The position numbers and the translations under genes were made by a program. Under the pieces are notes generated by a model. That model searched no databases, had not been told where the DNA came from, and saw nothing but the letters and a program-made list of their open reading frames with translations. Source: Mobula hypostoma (lineage: Eukaryota). Taken from it: 64,000 bases of DNA. Positions 25,478-37,808 of this stretch are shown one piece after another; position 1 is the stretch's first letter; the number at the start of each line of letters is the position of its first letter. The stretch is from positions 34,970,001-35,034,000 of the forward strand of contig NC_086097.1 of NCBI RefSeq assembly GCF_963921235.1, read 5' to 3'.

Positions 25478-25871
25478 ACACACATCAAAGTTGCTGGTGA
25501 ACGCAGAAGGCCAGGCAGCATCTCTGTCCCTCTGAATATACCTCTTGCCCATCCTCTGGGTCCCCCCCCCCCGTCTTTCTTCCCGGACCTCCTGTCCCAT
25601 GATCCTCTCATATCCCTCTTTGCCAATCACCTGTCCAGCTCTTGGTTCCATCCCTCCCCCTCCTGTCTTCTCCTATCATTTTGGATCTCCCCCTCCCCCT
25701 CCCACGTTCAAATCTCTGACTAACTCTTCCTTCAGTTAGTCCTGATGAAGGGTCTCGGCCTGAAACGTCGACTGCACCTCTTCCTAGAGATGCTGCCTGG
25801 CCTGCTGCGTTCAGCAGCAACTTTGATGCGTGTTGCTTGAATTTCCAGCATCTGCAGAATTCCTGTTGTTT
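25478..25871 (+). mobile_element. Penelope pLTR insertion with short inverted 5' piece in GPHB5 intron 2
   Basis: 13-bp TSD actagttttagga at 25465-25477 and 25872-25884. Confidence 0.9.
25738..25773 (+). ncRNA. Minimal type I hammerhead ribozyme motif, sense to GPHB5
   Basis: AGTC-CTGATGA-AGGGTCTCGGCCT-GAAAC-GTC-GACT; predicted cleavage after 25769. Confidence 0.8.
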
Positions 25872-26402
25872 ACTAGTTTTAGGATCAGGGTTTAGCTAAT
25901 GAATACTGGGATGAAAGATATCTCTTTATAAGAGTATCCTAAATGTTTTGTTAAGATCAAGTTGTTTTTTGATTTGGCACAAAGCAAATCCAAACTTACA
26001 CAGCTAGGAATGTAGCAGTAAGCTTCAGCAGACCATAAGCAATGCAACCTACTCCTATTCTATTTCTACATCAGGTTTTAATTAAACATCCAGTTCATTT
26101 CACACCATGTACATAAAGTACGCAAATCAAACAATAATGATTGTATAGGCAACAGAAGATTGTGACGCACTGTACCTGACCTCAACCTGTTACGAATTAG
26201 AAGGTGAGGCTTTGCAGGAACAGAGAAGGGCCAATTGATTATCTGCCTGTCACTGTCACTCACCTCCTTGCTTGCAGAATTACTTACCCCTCACCTCCTT
26301 GCTTCTAAGTCTTTCTGGATAACCATTTCCGTGAGTGAATCTGCTTGCTGCTATGACATCAACACTTTAATGCACTTAGATCCAGCTTTTCCTACCTCTT
26401 AT

Positions 26403-27070
26403 ATCAGAATCAGAATCAGGTTTAATATCACCAGCAAATGTCATGAAATGTCTTTGCAGCAGCAGTACAATGCAATACATAACAATTGAAAAAATCGAGG
26501 AATAAGTGATGCAAAAAATAAAAACCAAGAAGTAGTGAGTTAGTATTCATGGGTTGAATGTTCATTCAGAAATTGAGTGGCAGAGGAAATGAAGCTGTTC
26601 CTGAACCACTGAGTGTGTACCTTCAGGCTCCGTTAACATCTTCCTGATGGTAACAACCAGAACAAGGAATGTCCTGGGTGATGGGGTTCCTTAATGATGG
26701 ATGCTGCCTCTTTGAGGCATTGCTCCTGGAAGCTACAGAGGCTAGTGCCCATGATGGAGCTGAGTGAGTTCACAACTTTCTGCAACTTCTTTCGACCCTG
26801 TGTAGTAGCCTCCCCACCATCCCTCCACATCAGACGGTGATACAGCCAGTTAGAATGCTCTCCACGATGCATCTATAGAAATATGCAAGTGTCTTTGGTG
26901 ACGTACCAAATCTCCTCAAATTCCTCATGAAATAGAGCCACTTTCATGCCGTCTTTGTAGCTGATTCGATATGTTGGGCCCAGGGAAGATTCTCAGGGAT
27001 ATTGACACCCAGGAGTTGCTCACTCTTTTCGCTTCTGCTTCCTCTGTGAGGACTGGTACGTGTTCCCTCA
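26403..27070 (-). mobile_element. Rex1/Babar-like LINE 3' fragment
   Basis: ORF 26633-26872(-) RKKLQKVVN...IMGTSL...CLKEAASIIKEPHHPGHSLFWLLPSGR; (ATTCTG)n tail. Confidence 0.8.
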
Positions 27071-27909
27071 GCTTCTCTTTTCTGAAGCCCCCAACTCTTT
27101 GCTGATGTTGGATGATGGAGACAGATACAATAAGAATTTAAAAAGACATTTGGTCAGTCCCATAGATGGGAATGGTTTAGAGTAGGGGCCCTCATCCTGG
27201 GGTCCACAGTTAATGATAAGGGTCTGTGGTATAAAACAGGTTGGGAAGCCCTGGTTTAGAGGGATGTGAGCCAGCCCATGCCAACCAAGGTGCCTTACCT
27301 GAGGGAGCTCACTTTCAAACCCTAGGAATCTAAGGCTCATCCAACTTGAGTGAAACCAACACGTGAAGGAAATATTTGATAACTCACTGTAATATAGCAA
27401 GTAAAGAATGATGCATTCGTCACATCAGGAAACTTAATTCTTCATGATGAGGACATTAAAGCAAGGTAAATGATGAGAGAATGATTCCTCTTGTGAGTGA
27501 GTCTAGGACTACAGGATAGTCCAAGGTTAAGATAGCACCCAGTTAAAGTGAGATTAAAAATAATTTCTCCTCTCAAAGGGCTGAATGATTTTGGACTCCC
27601 TTGCTGCTGAAATCTGTGGAAACTGATTTTCTGAATTGATGCAAAACTGAGAAATAGAATTTTAATCAGCAAAGGAATTGAGGGTCAAGATGAAAGGAGG
27701 CATGAGGTAAATGAATGAGCCATGGTGGAGCAAGATTAAGGGGCTATTGACCTTCTCCTGTTTTTACGACCCTATGGTCTACTGCCAGGTTTTGTCAGCA
27801 AAAACGCAGAGCAATCAGAAGTTGAATGTTAGTGTAACAGATTTTAAATATTTGCATGTATATTGTACGAGGTTCCTGGAATGATTTTGTTCTGTGCGTC
27901 TGCCTCCAG

Positions 27910-28098
27910 AGACCGATTCTTGATCCTCCTTACGTTGAAGCATACCACCGGGTCTGTACCTACAACGAAACCAGGTTCGTCACGGTGAAACTACCCAACT
28001 GCCACGCTGACGTCGATCCATTCTACACCTACCCGGTCGCAGTGCGGTGCGACTGTGGCATTTGCTCAACTACAACCACCGAGTGCGAGACCTTGTAA
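27910..28098 (+). CDS. GPHB5: Glycoprotein hormone beta-5, last coding exon
   Basis: gcctccag|[65 protein letters not shown]; phase 0 matches the upstream donor; 10 Cys in total, NET sequon; spliced product 135 aa. Confidence 0.97.
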   Translation, partial: RPILDPPYVEAYHRVCTYNETRFVTVKLPNCHADVDPFYTYPVAVRCDCGICSTTTTECETL

Positions 28099-28282
28099 CG
28101 CATCTCCCCCACCTCAAAACCAGATGTAATACATGCCTCCATGGGAAAGTGCTCATGCTTAGTGAAGTCTGATCTATTGATTCAAAAAGAAATTGAAATA
28201 CATCTTCCTGTAACAAACCTTGTATGCTGATAATTTTAATTGTTCATTTTCTTGGATAAGAAGCAACATTGTTCGTATTGAA

Positions 28283-28288
28283 AATAAA
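28283..28288 (+). terminator. Candidate GPHB5 polyadenylation signal
   Basis: First AATAAA seen after the stop codon, about 185 nt downstream. Confidence 0.5.
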
Positions 28289-28399
28289 AGAAAAATACTT
28301 GGAAGTGATATAATGCATATAAAGCACTGAAATGCAAAAATCAATTTTAACATGTTTGCTTATCAGCCAAATATAGTCAAATCCTTGAACATTACAACA

Positions 28400-28718
28400 G
28401 TGCAGGCTTTTTCCTCTCAGGTTGGGTGAGACTAGAACTAGAGGTAATAAGTCGGGGTGAAAGTTGAAATATTTAAGAGAATCTGAGGGGGATCTTCTTC
28501 GCTCTGAGAGTGCAGTGAGTATGGAGCAAGCAGCCAGCTGAAGTGGTAGATGCAAGAACAATTAACACACATGGGAAGTTTGGATAGGTTCATGGATGAG
28601 AGGGTTTTGCAGGGCTACGGTCCAAGTTCAGGTAGATGAGACTAGGCAGAATATCAAGCTGGCATAGACTAGATGGGCTGAAGAGCCTGCTTCTGAACTG
28701 CATGCTCTATGACTCTAT
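28400..28718 (+). mobile_element. CR1 LINE 3' fragment
   Basis: Same 3' end as the copies at 25140-25455 and 37490-37808. Confidence 0.75.
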
Positions 28719-30226
28719 GTATGTCCTGCCTTGGTTTATCTTCCCTAACCACACCGAGTTGTGACCTGTCTCCGTTATATTCCATCTGCCGATTCCTGGA
28801 GAAGGGCAAAGAGACAAGGAGAAAGGCAGGTTGAGCAAGAGGAAAATATAGAGGAGTGTAGGAAAGGTGATGGGTTGAGGAGGATAAATGGAATCACAGC
28901 CAAAGAAGGAGAGCATGGATTGCAAACTCTGACGTGAATCACTTTTTATTCTGAGTCGGGAAATCCAAATTCTGTCCCATTGGGTTAATAGCATAACTGA
29001 AGCTCAAAATAAGAGTTTTTTTCCTGGCTTAGAATCTGGGCAGATATTGGTGACAAAGTTTTGAGTGAGAAGAGGAAAATTGTGTTAATTGAGCATTAAC
29101 ATGTCCTACAATTCTGAAAAAAATCTGACTGGTCCTGAGTCTCCAATCACATCCTTCAGCTTTCAGTAGAGATACATGTAGCAGTGGCACCTGCTGGCCA
29201 GGTTTTGAACTGCATGCGCCTTTGAACAATCAGAACAGAAATATGCACAACTTTCGCTGTTACTGGAAACCCTACATTCCATCCTCTGGATGCATGGCAA
29301 TCATTTATCTGTTTAAACAATCAGAGAGAATAATTTTCTTATTCTATTATAAAACAGGACATGCAAATAAGAATAAATACATACATCGAAAGCAAAATTG
29401 AAAGAGAGAAAGAAAGGGTGATCAGAGAAAGAAGGACAATGAAAGAGACAAAAGAGTAAAATAAATTAAAATTGCTAATTTAAAAGCATTTTCAAATATA
29501 GACATGATCTGAAGGAATGAGGTTCCACACCCATTGAAATTAATTTCCAGTGCCAGAAAGATTCAGAGGGTTAAATTTTGCTTAGACTGCAACAGCTCCA
29601 ACCTTTACTCAAGCAACACACATCAAAGTTGCTGGTGAACACAGCAGGCCAGGCAGCATCTCTAGGAAGAGGTACAGTCGACGTTTCGGCCTGGAACCCT
29701 TCGTCAGGACTAACTGAAGGAAGAGCTAGTAAGAGATTTGAAAGTGGGAGGGGGAGGGGGAGATCTGAAATGATAGGAGAAGACAGGAGGGGGAGGGATA
29801 GAGCCAAGAGCTGGACCGGTGATTGGCAAAAGGGATATGAGAGGATCATGGGACAGGAAGCCCGGGGAGAAAGAAAAGGGGGAGGAGGGGGGAAGCCCAG
29901 GGGATGGGCAAGGAGTATAGTGAGAGGGGACAGAGGGAGAAAAAAGAGAGAGAGAGAGAAAAATAATAATAAATAAATAAATAGGGGATGGGGTAAGAAG
30001 GGGAGGTGGGGCATTAATGGAAGTTAGAGAAATCAATGTTCATCCTCTGGGTTTTCCCCCCTTTCTTTCTCCCTGGACCTCCTGTCCCATGATCCTCTCA
30101 TATCCCTTTTGCCTATCACCTGTCCGGCTCTTGGCTCCATCGCTCCCCCTCCTGTCTTCTCCTATCATTTTGGATCTCCCCCTCCCCCTCCCACTTCCAA
30201 ATCTCTTACTAACTCTTCCTTCAGTT

Positions 30227-30262
30227 AGTCCTGACGAAGGGTCTCGGCCTGAAACGTCGACT
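30227..30262 (+). ncRNA. Minimal type I hammerhead ribozyme motif (5' pLTR)
   Basis: AGTC-CTGACGA-AGGGTCTCGGCCT-GAAAC-GTC-GACT. Confidence 0.8.
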
Positions 30263-31522
30263 GTACCTCTTCCTAGAGATGCTGCCTGGCCTGCTGCCTT
30301 CTCTCTGTCTCTGGAGACAGCTTATCCACTGATGTCTACTATAAGCCTACTGACTCTCACAGCTATCTGGACTATTCCTCTTCTCACCCTGTCTCTTGCA
30401 AAAACGCCATCCCCTTCTCGCAATTCCTCCGTCTCCGCCGCATCTGCTCTCAGGATGAGGTTTTTCATTCTAGGACGAGGGAGATGTCTTCCTTTTTTTA
30501 AAGAAAGGGGCTTCCCTTCCTCCACTATCAACTCTGCTCTTAAACGCATCTCCCCCATTTCACGTACATCTGCTCTCACTCCATCCTCCCACCACCCCAC
30601 TAGGAATAGGGTTCCCCTGGTCCTCACCTACCACCCCACCAGCCTCCGGGTCCAACATATTATTCTCCGCAACTTTCGCCACCTCCAACGGGATCCCACC
30701 ACTAAGCACATCTTTCCCTCCCCCCCTCTCTCTGCATTCCGCAGGGATCGCTCCCTACGCAACTCCTTTGTCCATTCGTCCCCCCCATCCCTCCCCACTG
30801 ATCTCCCTCCTGGCACTTATCCGTGTAAGCGGAACAAGTGCTACACATGCCCTTACACTTCCTCCCTTACCACCATTCAGGGCCCCAAACAGTCCTTCCA
30901 GGTGAGGCATCACTTCACCTGTGAGTCGACTGGGGTGATATACTGCGTCCGGTGCTCCCGATGTGGCCTTTTATATATTGGTGAGACCCGACGCAGACTG
31001 GGAGACCGCTTTGCTGAACATCTACGCTCTGTCCGCCAGAGAAAGCAGGATCTCCCAGTGGCCACACATTTTAATTCCACATCCCATTCCCATTCTGACA
31101 TGTCTATCCATGGCCTCCTCTACTGTAAAGATGAAGCCACACTCAGGTTGGAGGAACAACACCTTATATTCCGTCTGGGTAGCCTCCAACCTGATGGCAT
31201 GAACATCGACTTCTCTAACTTCCGCTAAGGCCCCACCTCCCCCTCGTACCCCATCTGTTACTTATTTTTATGCACACATTCTTTCTCTCACTCTCCTTTT
31301 TCTCCCTCTGTCCCTCTGAATATACCTCTTGCCCATCCTCTGGGTCACCCCCCCCCTTGTCTTTCTTCCCGGACCTCCTGTCCCATGATCCTCTTGTATC
31401 CCTTTTGCCTATCACCTGTCCAGCTCTCGGCTCTATCCCTCCCCCTCCTGTCTTCTTCTATCATTTTGGATCTCCCCCTCCCCCTCCTACTTTCAAATCC
31501 CTTACTCACTCTTCCTTCAGTT

Positions 31523-31558
31523 AGTCCTGACGAAGGGTCTCGGCCTGAAACGTCGACT
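31523..31558 (+). ncRNA. Minimal type I hammerhead ribozyme motif (3' pLTR)
   Basis: Identical to 30227-30262. Confidence 0.8.
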
Positions 31559-31894
31559 GTACCTCTTCCTACAGATGCTGCTTGGCCTGCTGCGTTCACC
31601 AGCAACTTTGATGTATGTTACCAGTATCTTTAATGTGTGTTGCTTGAATTTCCAGCATCTGCAAATTTCCTCGTGTTTGCGTCTAACCTCTACTGGCATG
31701 TTTGACAGTCGTTTTATACTGATGGCCTTCCATACGTTTCAATACTACAGCCACCATTGCAATGCCATTAAAGACTTTTTTAAAAAAAAGATTAGCTTTA
31801 TTTATCACATACACATCAGAACATACAGTGGGGTGTGCCGTTTGTGTCAATGACCAACACAGTCCGAGGACATGCTGGGGACAGATGGGATTTC

Positions 31895-32333
31895 AGAAAT
31901 TCTCTTCTGTACACCACTATTGTAATGCCTAGTTATTTGAGTTACTAAGATCTTCCTGTCAGTTTGAACTAGTGAGGCCATTCTCCTCTGACCACTCTTT
32001 TTGACAATGCAATTTTACCTACAGAACTGCTGCTCACTAAATAATCTTTTTGCTTTTTACACCATTCTCTGTAAACCCTAGAGACTGTTGTGCTTGAAAA
32101 TCACAGGATATCAGCATTTTCTGAGATTCTCAAATCACACCCGTCTGGCACCAACAGTCATTCCACAGGCAAATTCACTTCTCACATTTCTTCCCATTCT
32201 AATGTTCTGTCTGAAGAACAATTGGACCTCATGGCCATGTTTGAATTCCTTTATGTGAGATGCTACCACATGATTGGCTGAATAAATATTTGCATTAACA
32301 AGCAGGCGTACTAATTAAGGTGACAACTGAGTG
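31895..32333 (-). mobile_element. Tc1 MITE, same family as 1-403
   Basis: Colinear similarity to 1-403 and 49898-50448; ends ctgagtg followed by TA. Confidence 0.8.
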
Positions 32334-34049
32334 TATACAAGTAAGCAATATTTCGCTGTCTGATTTTTTTTTCTCATTGTACTTGGTGTCCCTACATTAT
32401 CGTCTATTTACTCCATTGTAAAGCTTGCAGAGGAAAACCAATTCTTCAAGATCTACAATTACAATCATGCTAAGTTCCATTGAGTACATCTATATTCCCA
32501 TATTCACTATTTAACTGAATACAACTATTCTTAATAGAAGTTTCTGTAAAGAAGGAAAATGCAGAACAATTAATGCCAACACAGCTTTGCTCCTCGTGAT
32601 CTTACAAACAACAGTACATACATTTAGATCACAGATGTCGAAGAGGTGCCTCTTTATAATCATTAGCATGAAGCACATGGCTATTCTCAGCTCTTGGTAA
32701 TAATCTCCCTTTCATTCATTCAATGATATGCAAGATAATTAACATGCAGCGGGAATTAGCTTGCTCTACATACTCACAATGAAAACCATTTCCCTATGTA
32801 TATAATAGAATCAAATTAAAATATTTTCTCCAACACAAGGGCTCTCATTTTGTGGTTAGCGGAAAAAAAAAGCTGTTCACACTGCAGATATTGAGCAGAC
32901 TTTGTGGCATGGATTTTACCTCTCATTTTGTCAGGCGTAAGTGCGAGGTTATTTTTGGCATCCAGTGATAGAGAGGTCATCACATAGGCTAAACAACCAA
33001 TCACTTAGAGGACGTGTCACAGGCAGCAAACTTGGAAGGAAAATGCAGTATTTTAAACTAAAACTTTATAGAAAGTGAAATAAAGCTTGGAATGTGTACA
33101 ATATTAAGCTACGTGAAATTATTTAACATTAAAAGAAGAATTTTGAAAAAAATGGTGGGGTGACAATCTAAGTATCTTTTTCTTAAAGTGTCATGACTTT
33201 GTTTTACATTAAAATTCACTTTCTTCATGTAACCAACCACACAATTTTCAGAGCATTTTAAAGTAAAGCAGTTCCTAATCAATTTTCTTCAGATCATGGA
33301 TTTCTGAGAATTATACTGGAGAACGTATAAGTACTGACACCTGTAGCAGATCTTGATTTCTGCACAATGGATAAACTAGAAAATGCTTCCAGGTACACAG
33401 TGTTTTACACAGAGTTAACAATCACTGCTATCATTACAATAGCAAAATCTAGATCAAGATACCTTGAAATTAGCTGCAAAAGGATTTGGATTTTGTCACA
33501 GAATTTTCAGGTTAAAATCCCATAAATTAATAAATTTCTACCTTTGCAACGTTGATTGCCTCAAATATCTCGTTATCTCAATGTTGAATTAAATATTTAT
33601 CACTCCTGTTGTTCCCTAAGACTGTGGTCCCCTTGCTGACCACAGAACTCCTTTACATTAACTCCAAAATTCCATCACAGTCTTGTGTTCAGTCCCATCA
33701 TCCTTTGCTCTTGTTATCACCACACCTCGTTGTGCAGAACTGTACTAAATTTAAACTCTTCTAGTTTTCTATTTTCTTCAATATGTTCAATATTTGTACC
33801 TTTATAGCCTCAGGTTACGCTTTTTGGAGCTGTGCTTCACTGTACCACTTAGTTGGCACAACCTGAGAAGTGAGGATTTTTGGTAATTTATCTCCAAAGC
33901 CACAGCAGCCCATGAAGTAGTTTTGAAATGATGATTAGCAATGGTAACATTGGAAGTATCTAATAATGTTTATTTTAGCATTGTTGGTTACAAAAAAGAA
34001 TTAAATATTGGGCAGAGCATCTTAGGTTAACTTTCTGTGGAGAAAAATA

Positions 34050-35138
34050 CACTCAATGGCCACCTTATTAGGACCACCTGCTTGTTAATGCAAACATCTG
34101 GTCAGCCAATCATGCGGCAGCAACTCAATGCTCAATACTCAAGCATGTAGTCATGGTCAAGAGGTTCAGTTGTTGTTCAGACTAAACATCGGAATGGGGA
34201 AGAAGTGCGATCTAAGTGACTTTGATTGTAGAATGATTGTTGGTGTCAGATAGTGTGGTTTGAGTAACTTCGAAATTACTGATCTCCTGGGATTTTCACA
34301 CATAACAGTCTCTAGATTTGACAGAGAATGGTGGGAAAAACACCACTGAGCAGCAGTTCTGTTGGGCAAAAATTCCTTGCTAGTGAGAGAGGTCAGAGAA
34401 GACTGGCCAGGTTTGGTTCAAGCTGACAGGAAGGTGACAGTAACTCAAATAACCACGTGTTACAACAATGGTGTGCTGAAGAGCATCTCTGAATGCACAA
34501 CAATTCCAACATAGAAACATAGAAAATAGGTGCAGGAGTAGGCCATTTGGCCCTTCGAGCCTGCACCGTCATTTAGTATGATCATGGCTGATCATCCAAC
34601 TCAGAACCCTGTACCTGCCTTCTCTCCATACCCCCGATACCTTTAGCCACAAGGGCCTTATCTAACTCCCTCTTAAATATAGCCAATGAACTGACCTCAA
34701 CTGTTTCCTGTGGCAGAGAATTCCACAGATTCACCACTCTCTGCGTGAAGAAGTTTTTCCTCATCTCGGTCCTAAAAGGCTTCCCCTTTATCCTTAAACT
34801 GTGAGCCCTCATTCAGGACTTCCCCAACATCAGAAACAATCTTCCTACATCTAGCCTGTCCAATCCCTTTAGAATTTTATACGTTTCAATAAGATCCCCC
34901 CTCAATCCTCCAAATTCCAGCAAGTATAAGCCTAGTCGATCCAGTCTTTCATCATATGGAAGTCCTGCCATCCCAGGAATCAATCTGGTGAACCTTCTTT
35001 GTACTCCCTCTATGGCAAGAATGTCTTTCCTCAGATTAGGGGACCAAAACTGCACACAATTCAGATTAGGGGACCAAAACTGCACACAACCTTGAAGTGG
35101 ACACAGACGTACAGTCAGTGGCCACTTTATTAGGTACC
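34050..35138 (+). mobile_element. Tc1 MITE interrupted by a young CR1 fragment (34511-35090, minus)
   Basis: TA-cactcaatggccaccttattagg start; MITE resumes at 35091 (cttgaagtgg...cagtggccactttattaggtacc); CR1 ORFs QFWSPNLRKDILAIEGVQRRFTRLIPG and RKNFFTQRVVNLWNSLP. Confidence 0.85.
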
Positions 35139-35149
35139 TTTAAGTATAT

Positions 35150-37808
35150 ATGCTTAAAGGAGGAGGGGTGGTGCTGCTAGTCAGGGAAAATGTCACGGCA
35201 ATGCTCCATCAGAACAGATTGAAGAACTTGACTAGTGAGGCCTTATGGGTGGAACCGAGAAATAAGAACAGTATGACCACTTTAATGGGGCTATATCACA
35301 GACCAGCTAACTGTCCGTGGGATTTAGAAGAACAAATTTGTAAAGAGATCACAGACTGTTGCGTGAAACACAATGTTGTTATAATAGGTGATCTTAATTT
35401 TCCACATATTGTCTGGGAATTCCATACTGTAAAAGGATTAGATGGGATAGAGTTCAGGAAAGTTTCCTTCAACAGTACGTAGAAGTCCTAGTGAGAAAGT
35501 GTGCGATACTGGATCTGCTATTAGAGAATGAGACAGGGCAGGTGATAGAAGTTTGTGAAGGGGAACACTTTGGATCTAGTGACCACAATGCCATTAGTTT
35601 CAAAGTACGTATGCAAAAAGGTGGGTCTGGTCTGCTGGTCGAGATTCTAAAATGGAGAAAGGCCAATTTTGATGGTATCAGAAATGATCTGGCAAGTGTG
35701 GATTGGGACAGGCAGTTTTCTGGCAAAGGTGAACTTGGAAAGTGTGACTCCTTCAAAAGTGAAATTTTGAGAGTACAAAGGTTGTATGTACCTGTCAGAA
35801 TAAAAGGTAAAGATAACAAGCATAGGGAGCCTTGGTTTTCAAGAGATATTGATGTCCTGGTTAAGAGAAGGATGAAGGTGCATGACAGGTACAGGAAGGT
35901 AGGAACAAATGGGGTGCTTATAGAGTATATGAACTGCAAGAGAACACTTCAGAAAGAAATCAGGAGGGCTAAAAGAAGGCATGAAGTTCCTCTAGCTGAC
36001 AAGGTGAAGGAGAATCCCAAGGGATTCTATAGTTATGTTAAGAGCAAAAGAATTGTAAGGGACAAAATTGGTCCTCTGGACCAGAATGGTATCTATGCGT
36101 GGAGCCAAAACAGACAGGGGAGATCTTAAATGCATCTGTATTTACTTGAGGGATGGATACAGTGTAAATAGAAGTGAGGAAAAGTGGCATCAACTTCATG
36201 GACCCTGTACAGATTACAGAGGAGATGTTTGCTACCCTGAGGCAAATCAGAGTGGATAAATCCTCAGGGCCTGACAAGGTGTTCCCTTGGACCCTACGAG
36301 AGGCAGGTGCAGAAATTACCGGGGCCCTAGCAGAGAGATTTAAATCATCCTTAGTGGCAGGAGGGGTACCAGTGGATTGGAGGATAGCCAATGTTATTCT
36401 GTGGTTTAAAAAAAGGTTTTAAACAAAAACCGAGAAATTATATGCTGGTGAGGCTGACATCAGTTGTGAGAAAGTTATTGGAAGGTATCCTAGGGGCCAG
36501 ATATATGAGGATTTGGATAGAAGTGGACTGATTAAGGAAATTCAGCATGGCTTCATGCATGTTAGGTCATGTCTAACCAATCTTGTGGAGATTTTTTGAG
36601 GAAGTCACCAGGAAAGTAGATGAAGGCAAGGCACTGGATATTGTCTACATGAACCTGAGTAAGGCATTTGACAAGGTCCCGCATGGGAGGCTGATGAAGA
36701 AGGTTCATTCACTCAGCATTCAGGATGAGATAATAAATTGGATTAGGCATTGCCTTTGTGGGAGATGCCAGAGGGTGGTAGTACATGGTTGCCTCTCTGA
36801 CTGGAGGCATGTGACTAGTGGAATGCCTCAGGGATCGGTGCTGGGTCTGTTGTTCGTCATCTGTATCAATGATCACGATAATAATGTGGTTAACTGGATC
36901 TGCAAGTTTGCGGCAACACCAAGATAAGGGGTGTAGTGGACGATGAGGAAGGATATCATGGCTTGCAGAGGGATCTGCATCAGTGGACAAATGGCAGATG
37001 GAATTTAATGCAGACAAATGTGAGGTGATGGACTTTGGTTGGACCAACCAAAGTAGGTCTTACACAGTGAATGGTAGGGCACTGAAGAGTGTGGTAGAAC
37101 AAAGGGATTTGGGAATACAGGTCCATAATTCATTGAAAGTGGTGTTACAGGTAGGTAGGGTCATAAGGAAAGTTTTTGGCATATTGGCCTTCATAAATTG
37201 AAGTATTGAGTACAGGAGATGGGATGTTACGTTGAAGTTGTATAAGACATTGGTGAGGCCTAACTTGGAATATCGTGTGCAGTTTTGTTCATCTACCTAT
37301 AGGAAAGATATAAACATGGTTGAAAGAGCACAGAGAAAACTTACGAGAATGTTGCTGGGTCTAGAGGACCTGAGTTATAAAGAAAGATTGAATAGATTAG
37401 GACCGTATTCTTTAGAATTTAGAAGACTGAAAGGAGATTTGATAAATGTATACAAAATTATGAGGTGTTTAGACAGGGTAAGTGCAAGCAGTCTTTTTCA
37501 GCTGAAGTTGGGTGAGACTACAACCAGAGGTCATGGGGTAAGAGTGGAAGTTAAGAATTTTAAGGGGAACATGAGGGAAAACTTCTTCACTCAAAGGGTT
37601 GTGAGAGTGTGAACTGAGCTGCCAGCACAAATGGCCCATGCATACTCTATTTCAAAATTCAACATTTTGGATAGGTAGATGGATAGTAGGTGTATGAAGT
37701 GCTATGGTCCCCATGCAGGTCAATGGGAGAAGGCAGTTTAAATGATTTTTGGCATGGACTGGATGGGCTGAAGGGCCTGTTTCTGCGCTGTATTTCTTTA
37801 TGACTCTA
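35150..37808 (+). mobile_element. Large decayed CR1 LINE (ORF2 endonuclease through RT and 3' UTR)
   Basis: GGGVVLLV..GDLNFP, ILDLLL..SSDHNAI, KSSGPD...WRIANV, LSKAFDKVPH...SGMPQGSVLG, WQMEFNADKC, LVRPNLEY in successive frameshifted ORFs. Confidence 0.95.

Larger units (their letters stand above)
29610..31684 (+). mobile_element. Penelope-like element, Neptune type: inverted pLTR (29610-30040), direct pLTR (30041-30298), truncated RT thumb plus GIY-YIG (30299-31228), 3' pLTR (31229-31684)
   Basis: RT C-terminus STDVYYKPTDSHSYLDYSSSHP..CKNAIPFSQFLRLRRICS; Cys linker CKRNKCYTC..FTC; VIYCVRCSRCGLLYIGETRRRLGDRFAEH...E...GMN; imperfect TSD aacctYtact at 29600-29609 and 31685-31694. Confidence 0.95.

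Noticed and set aside
27856..27909. N-terminal part of the 80-aa ORF (MYIVRGSW...)
   Set aside because: Intronic pyrimidine-rich tract before the cag acceptor at 27907-27909
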